Source: a plasmid
Length of the DNA: 5,065 bases
Sequence record: NZ_CP040890.1
Strand: one strand, 5' to 3'
Each line of letters opens with the position of its first letter. Within the stretch, counting starts at the first letter, position 1. Positions 5,036-5,065 of this stretch are shown in pieces. Under the pieces are notes generated by a model. It was not told the origin of the DNA, did no database searches, and saw only the letters and a program-made list of their open reading frames with translations. A program made the position numbers and the translations under genes.

Positions 5036-5065
5036 TGTTATCTGATATAGGTTGTTATTGTCTCA
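5018..5065 (-). other. ColE2-type origin of vegetative replication (Rep-binding and priming site).
   Basis: The minus strand reads tgagacaataacaacctatatcagataacagccccg.... The 14-mer TATCAGATAACAGC and the TGAGAC boundary match my recollection of the ColE2-P9 minimal ori (TGAGACCAGATAAGCCTTATCAGATAACAGCGCC). CAATAAC/CAGATAAC repeats are present. It is followed by a hairpin and T-run. It is separated from rep only by the GTPase gene if the molecule is circular. Confidence 0.7.

Larger units (their letters stand above)
1..5065. mobile_element. Small mobilizable plasmid, ColE2-type replicon (rep + ori) with ColE1-type mob/oriT module. The window is probably the whole circular molecule linearised next to ori.
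   Basis: Three plasmid backbone modules are present in one 5 kb window: a Rep primase, a ColE2-like ori motif, and mbeCABD with a bom/oriT matching the pBR322 bom. The ori sits at the extreme 3' end. The last gene ends at nt 4-6, so in a circle rep-GTPase-ori would be contiguous, as rep-ori is in ColE2. Confidence 0.7.

Noticed and set aside
1-5065. CRISPR arrays, tRNA/rRNA genes, IS/transposon ends
   Set aside because: No regularly spaced direct repeats, no tRNA-like cloverleaf candidates and no terminal inverted repeats with a transposase ORF were seen. The only repeats are short regulatory-scale elements.

Overview
The window reads as a small mobilizable plasmid of the ColE2 replicon type, probably complete or nearly so (5065 bp). 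All eight supported genes are on the minus strand. From high to low coordinate they are: (i) a ColE1/pBR322-like oriT/bom region (about 4890-4975, nick motif tactgg/ctta at 4966/4967); (ii) the mobilization cluster mbeC (4509..4835) and mbeA relaxase (2957..4519), with mbeB (3346..3831) and mbeD (3052..3330) nested in alternative frames inside mbeA; (iii) a toxin-first type II toxin-antitoxin pair, a RelE/ParE-superfamily toxin (2564..2896) followed by an HTH-XRE antitoxin (2278..2562); (iv) a ColE2-type Rep primase (1182..2084) with a candidate antisense copy-control RNA locus in its leader; (v) a translationally coupled, strongly AT-rich gene (4..1179) encoding a P-loop GTPase fused to a DUF697-like glycine-rich membrane domain. 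A ColE2-type origin (tgagac...tatcagataacagc, minus strand) followed by a hairpin and T-run lies at 5008-5065. If the molecule is circular, that origin directly abuts the stop of the GTPase gene across the window junction. Base composition changes sharply near 1440, inside rep. The Rep C-terminal domain, the GTPase gene and the ori therefore form one low-GC block, consistent with a recombinational swap of the specificity module that carried the GTPase gene along. The GTPase-DUF697 fusion, co-transcribed and coupled to rep, is the least explained element here and the best candidate for an uncharacterised accessory function.
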